NCBI RefSeq assembly: GCF_000143415.4
Contig: NW_003314312.1
Coordinates: 673,551 to 737,509, forward strand
Origin: Selaginella moellendorffii
Taxonomy: Eukaryota; Plantae; Lycopodiophyta
Length of the DNA: 63,959 nt
Reading direction: 5' to 3'
This document shows, piece by piece, positions 14,257 through 26,955 of the stretch. Positions within the stretch are counted from its first letter, which is position 1. Every line of letters starts with the position of its first letter. The notes beneath the pieces are model-generated. The model was not told the DNA's origin. It searched no databases and saw only the letters and a list, made by a program, of their open reading frames with translations. A program made the position numbers and the translations under genes.

Positions 14257-14780
14257 ATTACCCCAATATCCTAAAACCCTTAATCGATTGGAAAAAAAAA
14301 TGCACTTTTATTTATAGGCCATTTTTCTCTATATTTGAACCTCATAGATTGTCTCTCAAGTCATTTTCTTTGGTTGCTTATAATCTACCACACTTCCCTG
14401 CAAATTCACACCCTCATGAACGAAAGTTGAGAGCCACATCTCTCCCAAGAGCCCCGCTCTCTTGACACCCTACCCCTCAGGTCGAGATCAACCGAAGCAA
14501 ACTGGATTTACTAAATGTCAATCAACATGTGGTGCGATTTCTTTATCCAACAAACAGAGTTAGATATGAGACCTTTTCGATACCAAATGTAAGCTCTTAA
14601 GTTTAGACTTCCCGAGAAGTCATATAGCCTAATATTATTCAAACCCAAGGACACTTAACCACAAAAATCCCAAGACCTTTAACCGATTGGAAAAAGGGGT
14701 GCACTTTATTCATGGGCCCCTTTCCTTTATATTTAAACCTCATGGATTATCTCTCAAGTTGTTCTCTTTGGTTGCTTATA
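14257..14780 (-). mobile_element. Cassandra-like TRIM (LTR 14588-14780, PBS 14578-14585, ~200-bp non-coding internal region, 3' LTR cut by gap)
   Basis: Two direct LTR copies, tggtatcg PBS, 5S-like segment, no ORF. Confidence 0.75.
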
Positions 14781-14789
14781 TCTTGGATG

Positions 14790-15490
14790 TTCATTTTATA
14801 TTTTGTGGATGTCGATACTAGATATAAAAAACTATAGGCATGTTGTTCTATGTTTAAGTATATTGTTGGGTCATAAGAATTTATGTTGGTAAGAGGAAGT
14901 TGGTTGAGTCTTCAGAATTTGCATTTCTAGACTAAGAGTTATTCTTTCTTTAGGATGGAAATTTTTCTATAAATTTTCTTAGGCATTTCCAATGGTTGAT
15001 TTGTTGGCATGTTGATTTTTCCTCTGTCGATATCATTTAGTTGCATTTAATCTATGGTATTGGATTTCATTGAGTCTTAAACGTGGTAATTCACTTTTTG
15101 ATAATATGTTATATATAGTTGAGTATCATCTATGTTGAAAGTTTGGTTTTAGATACTGAATAAAGTATTTTTGACCTTGGTTAGCTTGGTTATTAGAGAG
15201 TTTTAAGTGGTGATTCACTCTTGCTTTCTAACTTTATTATGGTGTTGATGGCATTAAAGTGATGCCCTGTCATTGATATTATTAAAGTTGAGATTGAATG
15301 ATATGAGATGTCATTTTATTTGTCTAATTTCAATAAAGATGGTGTTGATAATTGATTGTACCTTTGTGTCATTTGCATTTGTGCATTTTATTAATTACCA
15401 ACTATGTTGGCATTCAAATGAGCTAAGTGGCAAGTTTGAGTTAGTCTTGTTCTAGATAAGACTACTATGCTCTTGATTTTGGATTTCTTG
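14790..15490 (+). mobile_element. copia-like remnant (second copy)
   Basis: Direct homology to 8920-9570. Confidence 0.55.
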
Positions 15491-15497
15491 AAAAACA

Positions 15498-16089
15498 CTA
15501 GCCTAATATTATTTAAACCTAAAGAGGTTTAACCTCAAATATCCCAAGACCCTGGAAAAGGGTTCTTGGGATATTTGGGGTTCAATGTCTTTGAGTTTGA
15601 ATAGTATTGGGTTGGGTAACTTCTTGAAAAGTCTAAATTCAAAAACTTACATTTGATATTAGAGGGGTCTTGGGTCCAACTTTATTAATTGGCTAAGTGA
15701 CCTCCCGAAAAGTCTAAATTCAAGAGCTTATATTTGGTGTTACATGGATTTTGGTTTTAACTTTGTTAGTTGGCTAGGGGAATCACACTATATATTAATT
15801 GACATCTAGTAGGTTTAGTTTGCTTTAGCAGGGTTGACCCAAGGGGCAAGGTGTCAAGAGAGCAAGCCTCTTGAGAGAGCTACGGCTCTCAACTTCCATT
15901 CACGAGGTGCTGGATTATAAAAAACTAAAGAGAATGATTTTAGAGATAATATATGGGGTTTAAATATAAAGCCCATGAATAAAAGTGCACCTTTTTCTTC
16001 AATCAGTTAAAAGTCTTGGGATAGTTAGGGTTAAACATTATTGGGTTTGATTAGTATTGAGATGAGTGGTCCAAATTCATAAACTTATA
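15498..16089 (+). mobile_element. rearranged Cassandra-like cluster (inverted LTR piece + LTR/PBS/internal/LTR)
   Basis: The same LTR and internal sequences as 14257-14780, in the opposite orientation, with a duplicated LTR end and PBS. Confidence 0.7.
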
Positions 16090-16109
16090 TTTAGGGTTTA
16101 GGGTTTAGC

Positions 16110-17380
16110 TGTGAGCTAAGACCCAAAGTGGAGCTAAAAATGTGCTATATGGTAGTGGTCAAAATGAAAGTTTTAACAAGTGTAACATGTTTGGACCAAA
16201 AGCTCTGACTTAGAAAATCAAGAGTGGGAGTGAAACTCCAAACAAAGTCCTTAAGGAATGAGTATGAAGAAATTGGTGAATGAGTCTCTAAAAAAGAACA
16301 CAAGAAAGACTAACTCAAGGCAAATGTTATAATATATAAAAGTGAATCCGAGATGAACCTGAGATAGAGTCCAAGCCCGAGCCTAAGTCTGAGTCTGAGT
16401 CCAAGGGTCTCCCAAACCTTAAGGGGTTTGGTGAGCTCCAAAAGTATAGTAAAGGGAAGACTCCAATAGAGTCAATTTGGCCAAGAAAGGTTAGTGTGAC
16501 CAAAGAAAGTTATACTCATATGGTGGGTGATAATAAAACCACTAAAGAGTTCATGGCTAGAGTGAACACAAACAAACAAGTGGAGTAACTTGGTAAAGTG
16601 TTTAAGAGTTGATTATAGCTCCCTTAGGAGATTGGATGGTCAATACTTCCAATTTAAGTGTGGGTGGCACTACTTACTTGGATACCTAGCGTGGCTTATT
16701 AAAACCTCGCTTTAGCCCCATGTTTAAGGCACCCAAAAGTGAAAGGTAAGGAGAGTACCCACAAGGCTCACTTATAGCAATAGTGTTTAAATGTCATCCC
16801 AAAGTCCCAAATTATGAAAAGAAAGAAAAGTAGTCCTCTTGTGTAGTGACCAAGGATATGGTTATGTGGCAAGGAAGTCCCAGGAGTCAATAGGAATTAG
16901 TGGTCGGGCCTTCGAGCCTTAACTCAGTGATAGTGTTGGTGAACACTGCCATGAATTGAGAGGGACTTGGTGGGGACCAAAGAAGGGACAATGGGGAGGG
17001 TATTCCCAATGTATTGGGGCATCCTAAGTATGTTAAAGTGTGGTTTTAGGAAAACCACTCATAAATGGATAGTCTAGTCTTTGAGAGATAGGACTATCGT
17101 ATGGGTGGTCTTGGACTACCAATGAGACAAGGGTAAATAAATATGGCTTTAGTATAACAAACTGATAGATTGATAATACCTTTGGGTTGTCTATCATGAG
17201 ATTAGACATGTGGAGCACTTAGATCAAGTGCAAAAGGCTAAGTGGTATAAATGCCATTCATAGGGCTAACATGTACTTAAGTTGGGAATAATACTTATGG
17301 ACATTGTGAGTGAGACTCCTCCAAGTGGTCAAAGATGTGATTAAGTGACTAACGTAAAATGGAAAAATTAATCACTTACA
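16110..17380 (+). mobile_element. family A LTR (degenerate, short satellite)
   Basis: tgtgag...aatcacttaca, colinear with the other family A copies. Confidence 0.8.
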
Positions 17381-18747
17381 TTGAGCTTTAGTTTTTCCAT
17401 AAAAAGCCTATACTAATTCTGCAAAAGGAAGAGTTATTGGAGGGATTGAATCCTTATTGGATGAGCATGGATACACATTCTAAATGACCTTAATAGCAGA
17501 CTCAGGAAAGGAGAAAAAGGTTTGGACAATATGATGTAGACTATGATAAGGAGAACTGTCTACACTTCACAAACTATATATGAAAGGGAGATGTTTTTGG
17601 TGCCTTTCATAAGGGATGATCCTAATGAACTTACATTCAAGGACTTGGTCAACATTGAGCTTACAAAACTTGGAGATGACTGGTTGCCAAAGAAGGCCAT
17701 AAGCACAATTCCATTTAATAAACAACTTGGCCAACCTTCATGTAGGAAGTGGCTTTCAAGTAACATATAATTTCTCAACCATACTCAATTTGTTTATATT
17801 CTATTATAGGTATCTCCAATATAGAGGCATTCCTCTTGAAACACTAGTATGCAATTGACTCTTGAAGCATGGCGTGAGAGATGGAGGCATGTACCTAACA
17901 ACAATGATGTTTCCAACAGCGATAAAGCAAGTTTATCCTTGAGAATTAGAGATGCCAGATTATGCACCAACCCGCTGAGAAGCTACAAGAGGCAACAATG
18001 AAGATGTGCCAAATAACAAATATGATAGTTATGAGAATGTCAATGTTATCAATGCCAATGGCAAGGAGAATGAAGATGGCAGTGAGAATGACTTACAAGA
18101 AATTCCTCTGGAGGAAGTGGAGTAAGAGAACTAGGATACACAAGAAGTTCTACCTTGACGAAAGCATGTAAATCCACATGTGAAGGAATTAATCAATAAT
18201 GATGATAATCGTCCAAGAAATGTCCGTAACCAAGGAATTTCTTAAGGTATATTTCTCTTAATTCTCTCCTATTCTTAGTTTTTCAAAATGGTTGCAACAA
18301 AAACTATTGAGAGTAACTTCATTTTAGCTCGTTTTGATGCCTAAGAAGAGGATTTAGAAGAACTTACATTTACCACATGCTATATGACAATATGTAAATT
18401 TTTTTTAATTTCACATCTTACTTTTGTCTTCTCCCTCTAGATTTGCCCTATTTCTCTAGTGGCATTCCGTGGTGAAGTTGGGATCTTTATTGGCTTCTAC
18501 AATTCATTGATGGCATCTTTCGAGAAGGATGCTAAGAATATGGCTATCCGATAAAAGTGGGAGTGCTTTTGTCAAAAGATCCATAAGCAACCGCTCAAAA
18601 GCATAAAATTCAATATGCCTCTACCCATAGATGGTATAGAGAGAGAAGTCAAAAGCCCCACCCTCATGAGCAAAGAAACCAAATCCATCGGTAAGATTTA
18701 GATAGATTACTGTAAACAAAAAGTTAAAATTATTTATATACTCATAC

Positions 18748-19418
18748 TGTAGCGCATGTGATCATAGGATGAGATTTTGATATATTGTCACTATGGATCC
18801 TTGAAACCTTGAGGGATAAATGGGGATAAAATAGCCACTAAGGGCTCTTTCATCAAGCAATTGCCCCTTTTCCAGTTGGCTTAAGGGGAGAGAGATAAAG
18901 TGCGCTATAGTTGGTATCAGAGGAAATGGCACGAATTCGATTTCCATTAATTAGTGGCTACTTAAAAATATAATATACCTTGAGCAAGGTATATTCCTAC
19001 CCCTAAATTTGAAATCGTATGTATTAGGCATCCATACATATGTCCTTCCTCTTGTGTGGAGTATCCACGGATGAAAGTATCTACTGTGGGACTGCGGTAC
19101 GGGTGGATGACTAGTTGCATCACATGGAATAATTGGTCTACACAATGGAAGGATTGGTAAATTGAGTGTAGAAATGGAAGTGCTAGTTCCCCTTGGCTCA
19201 GTAGGGGTTGTTAGTCAATAGTCAATGAGGACATTGACATCTCTGAGGGGGGTGAGTGTAGCGTATGTGATCATGGGATGAAATTTGAATATACTGTCAC
19301 CATGGATCCTTGGAACCTTGAGGGATAAATAGGGATAAAATAGCCACTAAGGGCTCTTTCATCAAGCAATTGCCCATTTTCTAGTTGGCTTAAGGGGAGA
19401 GAGATAAAATGCACTGCA
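18748..19418 (+). mobile_element. TRIM (non-autonomous LTR element): 162-bp LTRs 18748-18909 and 19257-19418
   Basis: tgtagcgca...tgcgcta(t/c)a terminal inverted repeats; PBS tggtatcagag 18912-18922; PPT gaggggggtgag 19245-19256. Confidence 0.85.
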
Positions 19419-19559
19419 CCATTCGGTAAAAACATTGTATGCATGTGAGAGATAAGATGCACTACACATACCCTTTTAACATAATAAGGAATATAAAAAG
19501 AGAGGCAAATGATATAAGTAGCTACCTCATGACTAAAGATTTCACTATGCACACGAAGT

Positions 19560-20848
19560 GTCAAAGCTAGTCTACCTATACTAGCCGAAACTTAAAGATC
19601 AAAAGAAGATAGATAATATCAAAGTTAGAGACAATAATATCTTAGAGACCAAAGTATCAATGAATAAATCTTAGATTAGAATAGAAAAGCATTCCAATAA
19701 AGTTATCATCCAATAAACCAAAATTAGAGTATAAAAATTACCAAGATCATTAAAGTCATAGGATTTACCATCCAAAAACATTCAATAACAAATATATCAT
19801 CAAGAAACTCAATGATAAAGCTTAACTACTAAAGATTGTAAATAACTTTCCAAACTATTTACAAAAGATAACTCAGAAAATACAAAGTATCATTGACTGG
19901 CAAACATAATGCTCATGAATGTATCGCCTGAAGGAAATGACATTTGAATTTAATATAACCAAGTTGAGCAATAATCAATAGAATAAAATGAATGCTATAA
20001 CACCAACATACCAACTATTATACTATTCAATTTGAATAAATCTCAGTTAATAATACCATTTCTTAAATTAGCATTAGTAATATCCTACCAATATTTCAAA
20101 CATAAAAAATAAATGTAGAGTAAACCACAAACAATATATAGTAATATGAAAATCTAAAAGCTATCAAAGAGAATAACTAACCATTATGAAATATTATCAA
20201 TCATCCCATTAATAAAGAGATGTATAATCATCATTAAAAAAAAACCTACCATCCTAAAAAACAATAAATCATTTTACATAAACAATAATCGAGCAAAAAA
20301 TTTGATAAGGATAATCAATTATTCTAGATAATAGTCAATCATCACCAATGATTGCCAGATGTAAACACCAATTTAAATATCAGAACTAATGAGCCAAAAT
20401 GCCTTCCTTAACAACTTTGAATAAATGGAACAATAAATATGAAAACTCAAGGAAACAAAAGTTTAAAGAAGTTTATAACTAATTCTCCTTTAATATTGAT
20501 CATGAGTCTTGCATAAACTAATATCAATGCTAAAGAAAAAACCATAGTACAACCAATAATATACTTCTTAACACATCCAGAAGCTAAACTTAATAATGCC
20601 AAAGCTAATGAAGAGAATATCTACATCAATGCATAAACTAAGTATAACGAAACTATGCTCAATAAATGATCATTAAACAATTTTCCACGAATCCATTTGC
20701 TATAGTATGATATAACTTACTTAATAACAAGTGTAATAAAAATCATCAATGACCGATCCCAACACAAATCCAATAAAGGATGGTCTAAACTTGAGTTGAG
20801 CTCACAAGTTGAGCTCAATTCAGCTTAAGTCAATGTTAGTCAACATAT
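19560..20848 (-). mobile_element. copia-like remnant (third copy, inverted)
   Basis: Reverse complement of ~9600-10400 (e.g. gaaggcattttagttcataag vs ctaatgagccaaaatgccttc). Confidence 0.55.
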
Positions 20849-23800
20849 NNNNNNNNNNNNNNNNNNNNNNNNNNNNNNNNNNNNNNNNNNNNNNNNNNNN
20901 NNNNNNNNNNNNNNNNNNNNNNNNNNNNNNNNNNNNNNNNNNNNNNNNNNNNNNNNNNNNNNNNNNNNNNNNNNNNNNNNNNNNNNNNNNNNNNNNNNNN
21001 NNNNNNNNNNNNNNNNNNNNNNNNNNNNNNNNNNNNNNNNNNNNNNNNNNNNNNNNNNNNNNNNNNNNNNNNNNNNNNNNNNNNNNNNNNNNNNNNNNNN
21101 NNNNNNNNNNNNNNNNNNNNNNNNNNNNNNNNNNNNNNNNNNNNNNNNNNNNNNNNNNNNNNNNNNNNNNNNNNNNNNNNNNNNNNNNNNNNNNNNNNNN
21201 NNNNNNNNNNNNNNNNNNNNNNNNNNNNNNNNNNNNNNNNNNNNNNNNNNNNNNNNNNNNNNNNNNNNNNNNNNNNNNNNNNNNNNNNNNNNNNNNNNNN
21301 NNNNNNNNNNNNNNNNNNNNNNNNNNNNNNNNNNNNNNNNNNNNNNNNNNNNNNNNNNNNNNNNNNNNNNNNNNNNNNNNNNNNNNNNNNNNNNNNNNNN
21401 NNNNNNNNNNNNNNNNNNNNNNNNNNNNNNNNNNNNNNNNNNNNNNNNNNNNNNNNNNNNACCGGTGCTCTACCGTGAGTAAATGGTTTGGTTAATGCAA
21501 TTTATAAAATAAATACTAATTAAGTAGTTTCTAGAATTAGAAGTTCGTCCAAATCCATAGAAATTTTTAGGCTTTATTGGTCCCAAATAAGAATAGGAAT
21601 ATTGAAGTTCAAGTGAATCAGAAATTCTATTATACCTTTCAATATTTTGACATTTTAATAATTGACTAAAAATATAAAAATAATTCAAAACACTGATTCA
21701 CTCATTCATTCTTTAGAGTTTATAGAGATGGGAAGCAAGGAAGACAAAAAACTTATGAATAGTTCTAGCATATAGAAATGTGAAAATATTAATTTTGTTT
21801 CACTACCACAATTTTCATATTACACTCCTAGTACTTATTACTCATTCGGGAATGTGAAGACCACTATCACTATTAATAAAAATTTTCTTGTTACTTCTAA
21901 AACAGCAGTCCAGAATAAGAGAAAAGAAGAAATAGACAACACAACAAAAAACACTAACAAATCCACTTTATGAAGCTTTCAATAGCTTTTGTAATCCACT
22001 AAAATATTATAAAGAAAAGTAAGTTTTTTATATACATCTTATTCCTCTTAATATGTTATATCTTTGCAAAGAGTATAAGTTTATAGTGTATATGATGTGA
22101 ATAAATCAAAGAGTCAAATCTATATATGTTTTGAGATTAAAAAGTAATCTTGCAAAAAGACATGCTTGCATGTCTATGTGTGTTTGCCATTATTATATAT
22201 GGTAGGTCAACTATATAAAATAAGGTTACATTTTAATTATGTGATAGTTTTTAGCTTATAGCCACTTGTCTCTAATAGAAGGTTGTAATTAACGAGATTG
22301 ACAATTATGATTCAATATATTGTCATATCATAAGAAAACATCATTTGTGAGATTGAAATGTATTATATTAATTAAAGAAATTTTATTATTGGGAAGTTTA
22401 ATTCTTCTTATGTGTTGCAATGGTTAGGAAGAAGTTTACTTTTTGTCCCAAAGGCCTCTCATATGAGTCTTCACTTCCATTTCCAATCTCAACCAATAAT
22501 TCACCTTCACCTCTATGCAAGAATCCTCTTCATTTTGAGGGGTGTTGTGAGGCTCTTTCATTTGCAACCTCAAGTGCAACTAAATAAAAGTTCCTTTCTT
22601 ATAATATTGTTAAAAGAGTTGAATTGCCTCCAATACTCCAAGAGTGATGTCAATATTTTTTTCAAGATTTTGCTCCAGATATGGTAGGAGAGCTTCAACA
22701 TATTATCTGGAAGGTATGCACACATAGATGTATAAGAAAATCAAGAAAGAATTAAAGACATAATTATTATGATTTCATGGTGGAGAACAATATTCTATTG
22801 GTAAACATTGTATTAGTGAGTGCTAAATATGGGATATTTAGGCCACCATTTAATATAATGTGAAAGTCATGCATAATTTTTTCAAAAGTTTAGTTTATTA
22901 TGAGTAAAGTGGAGAATCTTATATTTTTGAATGATCGTATTCTAGCATGTATAAAGATATTATTATATATACAAGTGGTTATAACACTATTATAATTCTA
23001 AAGTCCCATTTTTGAGATTGACAATCTAAACTTTCAAAAACCCCTAGATATTTTCTTAGTATAAATACCGACAAAGGATGATTTCAACATTAAAATTTCA
23101 ATTTATTTAGAATGTAAGAATGGCTAGGGAGAATATTATTGCTACTCACACTTGGTCCCTATACATTTTATATGAGTCTCCACCTCCATCTCCAAATTCT
23201 ACTAACATTCCACCCTTCTCTCCACACAACAATCATTGTGAAGTTCTTCCTTTAGGAGCCCCAAGTGTGACTAAACAAGAAATCCCTCTTCTAGATAATG
23301 TTCTAGATATTGCTATTAAAAATGGATTGCCTCATATGTTTCAAGAGTGATACCAAATATTCATTCAAGATCTTGTTCTACATATAGCATAAAATTTTGA
23401 AAGAATAAATATATACTATCTTCAATGTCCCATCTGTTATTTTTATTTGGATAAGATAGAAGGTTGTATGGGTCTAGAAACTTTTCTAAAACATTATCAC
23501 AACTACCTAAGAATTGGTGTGGAAGGTGTGCATAAATGGATGTATAAAAAAATCAAGAAATAATTAAGAACATACAACCATTATCACTTTATGGTGAGGA
23601 ACAAGATTCTGTTAGTAAATATTATATTCATAAGTGTTGAATATGGTATGTTTAAGCCACCCTTCTAAAAATTCTAGCTACTAATAATTCTTACACTATG
23701 ATATTATCNNNNNNNNNNNNNNNNNNNNNNNNNNNNNNNNNNNNNNNNNNNNNNNNNNNNNNNNNNNNNNNNNNNNNNNNNNNNNNNNNNNNNNNNNNNN

Positions 23801-24507
23801 NNNNNNNNTATAAAAAAACTGGTATTATCTATAGTTAATAATCTTATAATACTAGTAATTATGAAATTTGACAAATTGACACTATAACTATCTCTAAAAC
23901 TGACATTGTCACTATTACTATTTTTGACACTGACACTATCACTATCACTATCATTATCACATTGATATGTGACACACTTTTCTCATTGCAAGTGGATGCA
24001 TTTAATTGTCTTTTAATGTATCATCGATAAATAGATTTTTCATACGACTCCTCAATTTAAAGGAAGACTCACATTGTATATGTTATGCCTTGCTTACCTA
24101 GGAAGACTTCTAGAAAATTAAATATATATTATATATAAGTTTTTAAAACATCATAAATTACCTCCTAGAAGCAATTGATAGAGAAGGACAAAAACCTTTA
24201 AGACGGCATTTGATGAACTCATATTCTTCAATTGCAAATATTGATATGCCAAAGTCACATGTTGCCTTGACCATTGAACCACTACCTATTATGCAATTGA
24301 TGACAACACCTTTAGTTGGGTAATATAGCTCAAGTAGGATATGTATCGCCGATGGAGATCAGAACCGATACCCAGACAATATGTTGTGGATGTTGTCATC
24401 TATGAGATTTGATATGATATTAGTAGAGCTATCATACCTTAATAAAACCTGTGCAGCACGCTCACTATCACGAAAACCCTCATTTTCTCTTTTGCAAAAC
24501 ATATAGT

Positions 24508-24661
24508 TATAACGCAGGGATGAGATTTGGATATACTGTCACTGTGGATCCTTGGAACCTTGGGGGATAAATGGGGATAAAATAGCCACTAAGGGCTCTC
24601 TCATCAAGCAATTGCCCCTTTTTCCAGTTGGCTTAAGGGGAGAGAGATAAGGTGCGCTACA
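24508..24661 (+). mobile_element. solo LTR of the 162-bp TRIM
   Basis: Homologous to 18748-18909; perfect 5-bp TSD ATAGT (24503-24507 / 24662-24666). Confidence 0.85.
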
Positions 24662-25217
24662 ATAGTAAATTCATATAACCTGAATAATAAAATTTTAGAG
24701 ACAACCCAAAACACAAGATGATTTCTTACCTTCTTTGGCATGCATAGGATGCCTTTAGTCTCGACCCAACACTATCCATGATGCACCTAGAAGAGAACCT
24801 CTTGAAGTTGACTCGAGTTGCATACTTTACAAGGCAGGAAATCCAATAAGGGTCATTTAGGAGAATGAAGGTAACTTGATTGGTTGTGTGAAGGAGAGTT
24901 GTTGCCAAAAAGAATGCATCTTTCAAGTGGTCTTTAGTCAGGATGTTCCAACTTGGGACATCACCATCAGCATCTAGAAGGCTATTTAGCATATCAAAGA
25001 GCATAGTGCATAAATAGAGAAGTCTAACTTATTTAAATTCGTGCATTTCTCACACAGTATGAACACTGTAAACTTTTTCTGGAGTTGTTTTTTTAATGGT
25101 GGTGTAGACTAGAGTACATATCAACAAGGATGTTGATCTTCCCTAAGGGGGGGGAGAATGTTGTGAATATGATTGTGGATATCAAACATTACTTATTAAA
25201 AGGTCATTTTAAATATT

Positions 25218-25411
25218 TGTAACCAACTAAAGGGAACAACTTGAGAGATGATCTATAAGGGTTCAAATATAAAAGGAAAGGGCCCATGAACAAGAGTGCA
25301 TCCCTTTTTCTAATTAATTAAGAGTCTTGGGATATTTAGGGTTAAACATCTTTGGGTTTAATAGTACTAGTCTAAGTAATTTCCCAGGAAATCTAAATCT
25401 AGAAGCTTACA
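25218..25411 (+). mobile_element. Cassandra-like solo LTR
   Basis: tgtaac...gcttaca, 194 bp, perfect TSD ATATT (25213-25217 / 25412-25416). Confidence 0.8.
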
Positions 25412-25419
25412 ATATTTTT

Positions 25420-26110
25420 TTATTACTGTCATGAAGACAAGAGGTCAATATTGTTCAACCCTTTGTCTCCAACCAAGCTAATTGAAAGCTGTCCTTTGTA
25501 TGTGCACTTAGCCAAAAGAGCATAAAGACTAAATGCTATTAATTAAACATACTTGATCTGGTTAAAAAAAATTCATTCATTAGCTTGTATTTACTAGTGT
25601 TGGGAACCCCCATGATATTGAATTTGGTCCTTTAATACTTGTTAGGTGGTAGTTTATTGTGTTTGCAAAGACACTCTCACTATCATTTCCCTATATGTTA
25701 AATCTATTCAGTCCTATTAGCTATTTGTGAAAAGTGTCTAAATATGCTAATTTGGCATATCTTTGGAATATAGATATTATCTTGAACACAATGGTGTTGT
25801 TCCTATGTCCAAATTTGCAATCTAACATCATTCCATATTTAATAAGTTTTTGTGATTGTCTTAAAGACTAATTCCTAAGACTGGGGGAAAGCCTCTTCAC
25901 TCCTTGAGTTATACGCTCAAAAGTTTTTTTATATTTTACTTCTTTTGCTCCTTGGCTTCATACTTAGGAGTTTGGCTCCAACCCATCATTCAATGGCCCA
26001 AGACCCTAAAAACTTGGGTTTTGCTCTATTGCCTTTGGACATATGGCATATGGCATATAGCATGTGGAAGGTTAAGGTTTTACTTCTTAGTTATCCTATA
26101 GTAAACCACC
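25420..26110 (+). mobile_element. family C element remnant (inverted counterpart of ~44950-46020)
   Basis: ctagtgttgggaaccccc and the LTR segment match the reverse complement of the 45-46 kb region. Confidence 0.55.
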
Positions 26111-26169
26111 ATAAGATAAAGGGTGAAAACCTCGTATGCTACAGTACTCTATGTGTCCAAGTTCTATTT

Positions 26170-26955
26170 TAAATACTTAAAGGTACCACTAATATATCAA
26201 TCTTTTGCTTATACCATGCCTATTTTCATTGTCTCATAAGTATTCCAAAACCACTCATACTATAGATTTGGTTTTCTAAAATTAAACCATCCATTCCATG
26301 AGTGTTTATCCTATAACCACTCTTTAGGATCCCCATGATACCCCAAGATATGGGGTAACACTATCCTTTAATGCTTTCTTTGATCCCCACCAAGTCTTTC
26401 TCCAATCACAATAGTGCTTACCAACACTACTATTGGATTGAGGCTTGAATGCTTGTCTACTAAATCCCAATGATATCTAAGACTTCTTTACTAGCTATAC
26501 ATATGGTTACTAGCAAAAGGACCACTCCCCTTCTTTTCCATAATTAAGGATTTTTCAAACAATATTTCAAAACACCACAACATAATACAAGATTTATGGG
26601 TACTTCCACTCAAGGTGATCAATAATCAAGGTGCTCTAGCCACATGACTAAATGTAAAATATCCAAATAGTGCCAATAATACTTGGATTTATATCATTAA
26701 CCACTTGATCTCTTGAAAGAGCTAAAATTGGCTTTATTTCACTGACACTTCACCAAGTCACCCCATTTATCCATTTATATTCACTTTAGCTTTGAACTCC
26801 TTAGTGCTTATATTAACACCCACCATTACAACACTTATCCTGACTATATAGTGCTTTTGGTCTAAACATGTTACACTTGTTGAACTTCTTCTTTAGCTAC
26901 TATCATATAATACACCTTTGACTCTATTTTAAGATTTAGGAATTTGTGTATTATC
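26170..26955 (-). mobile_element. highly degenerate family A LTR
   Basis: Eroded homology to 31630-32300 and 33080-33185. Confidence 0.55.

Noticed and set aside
20809-21495. ORFs spanning N-runs (also 14145-14465)
   Set aside because: Assembly gaps
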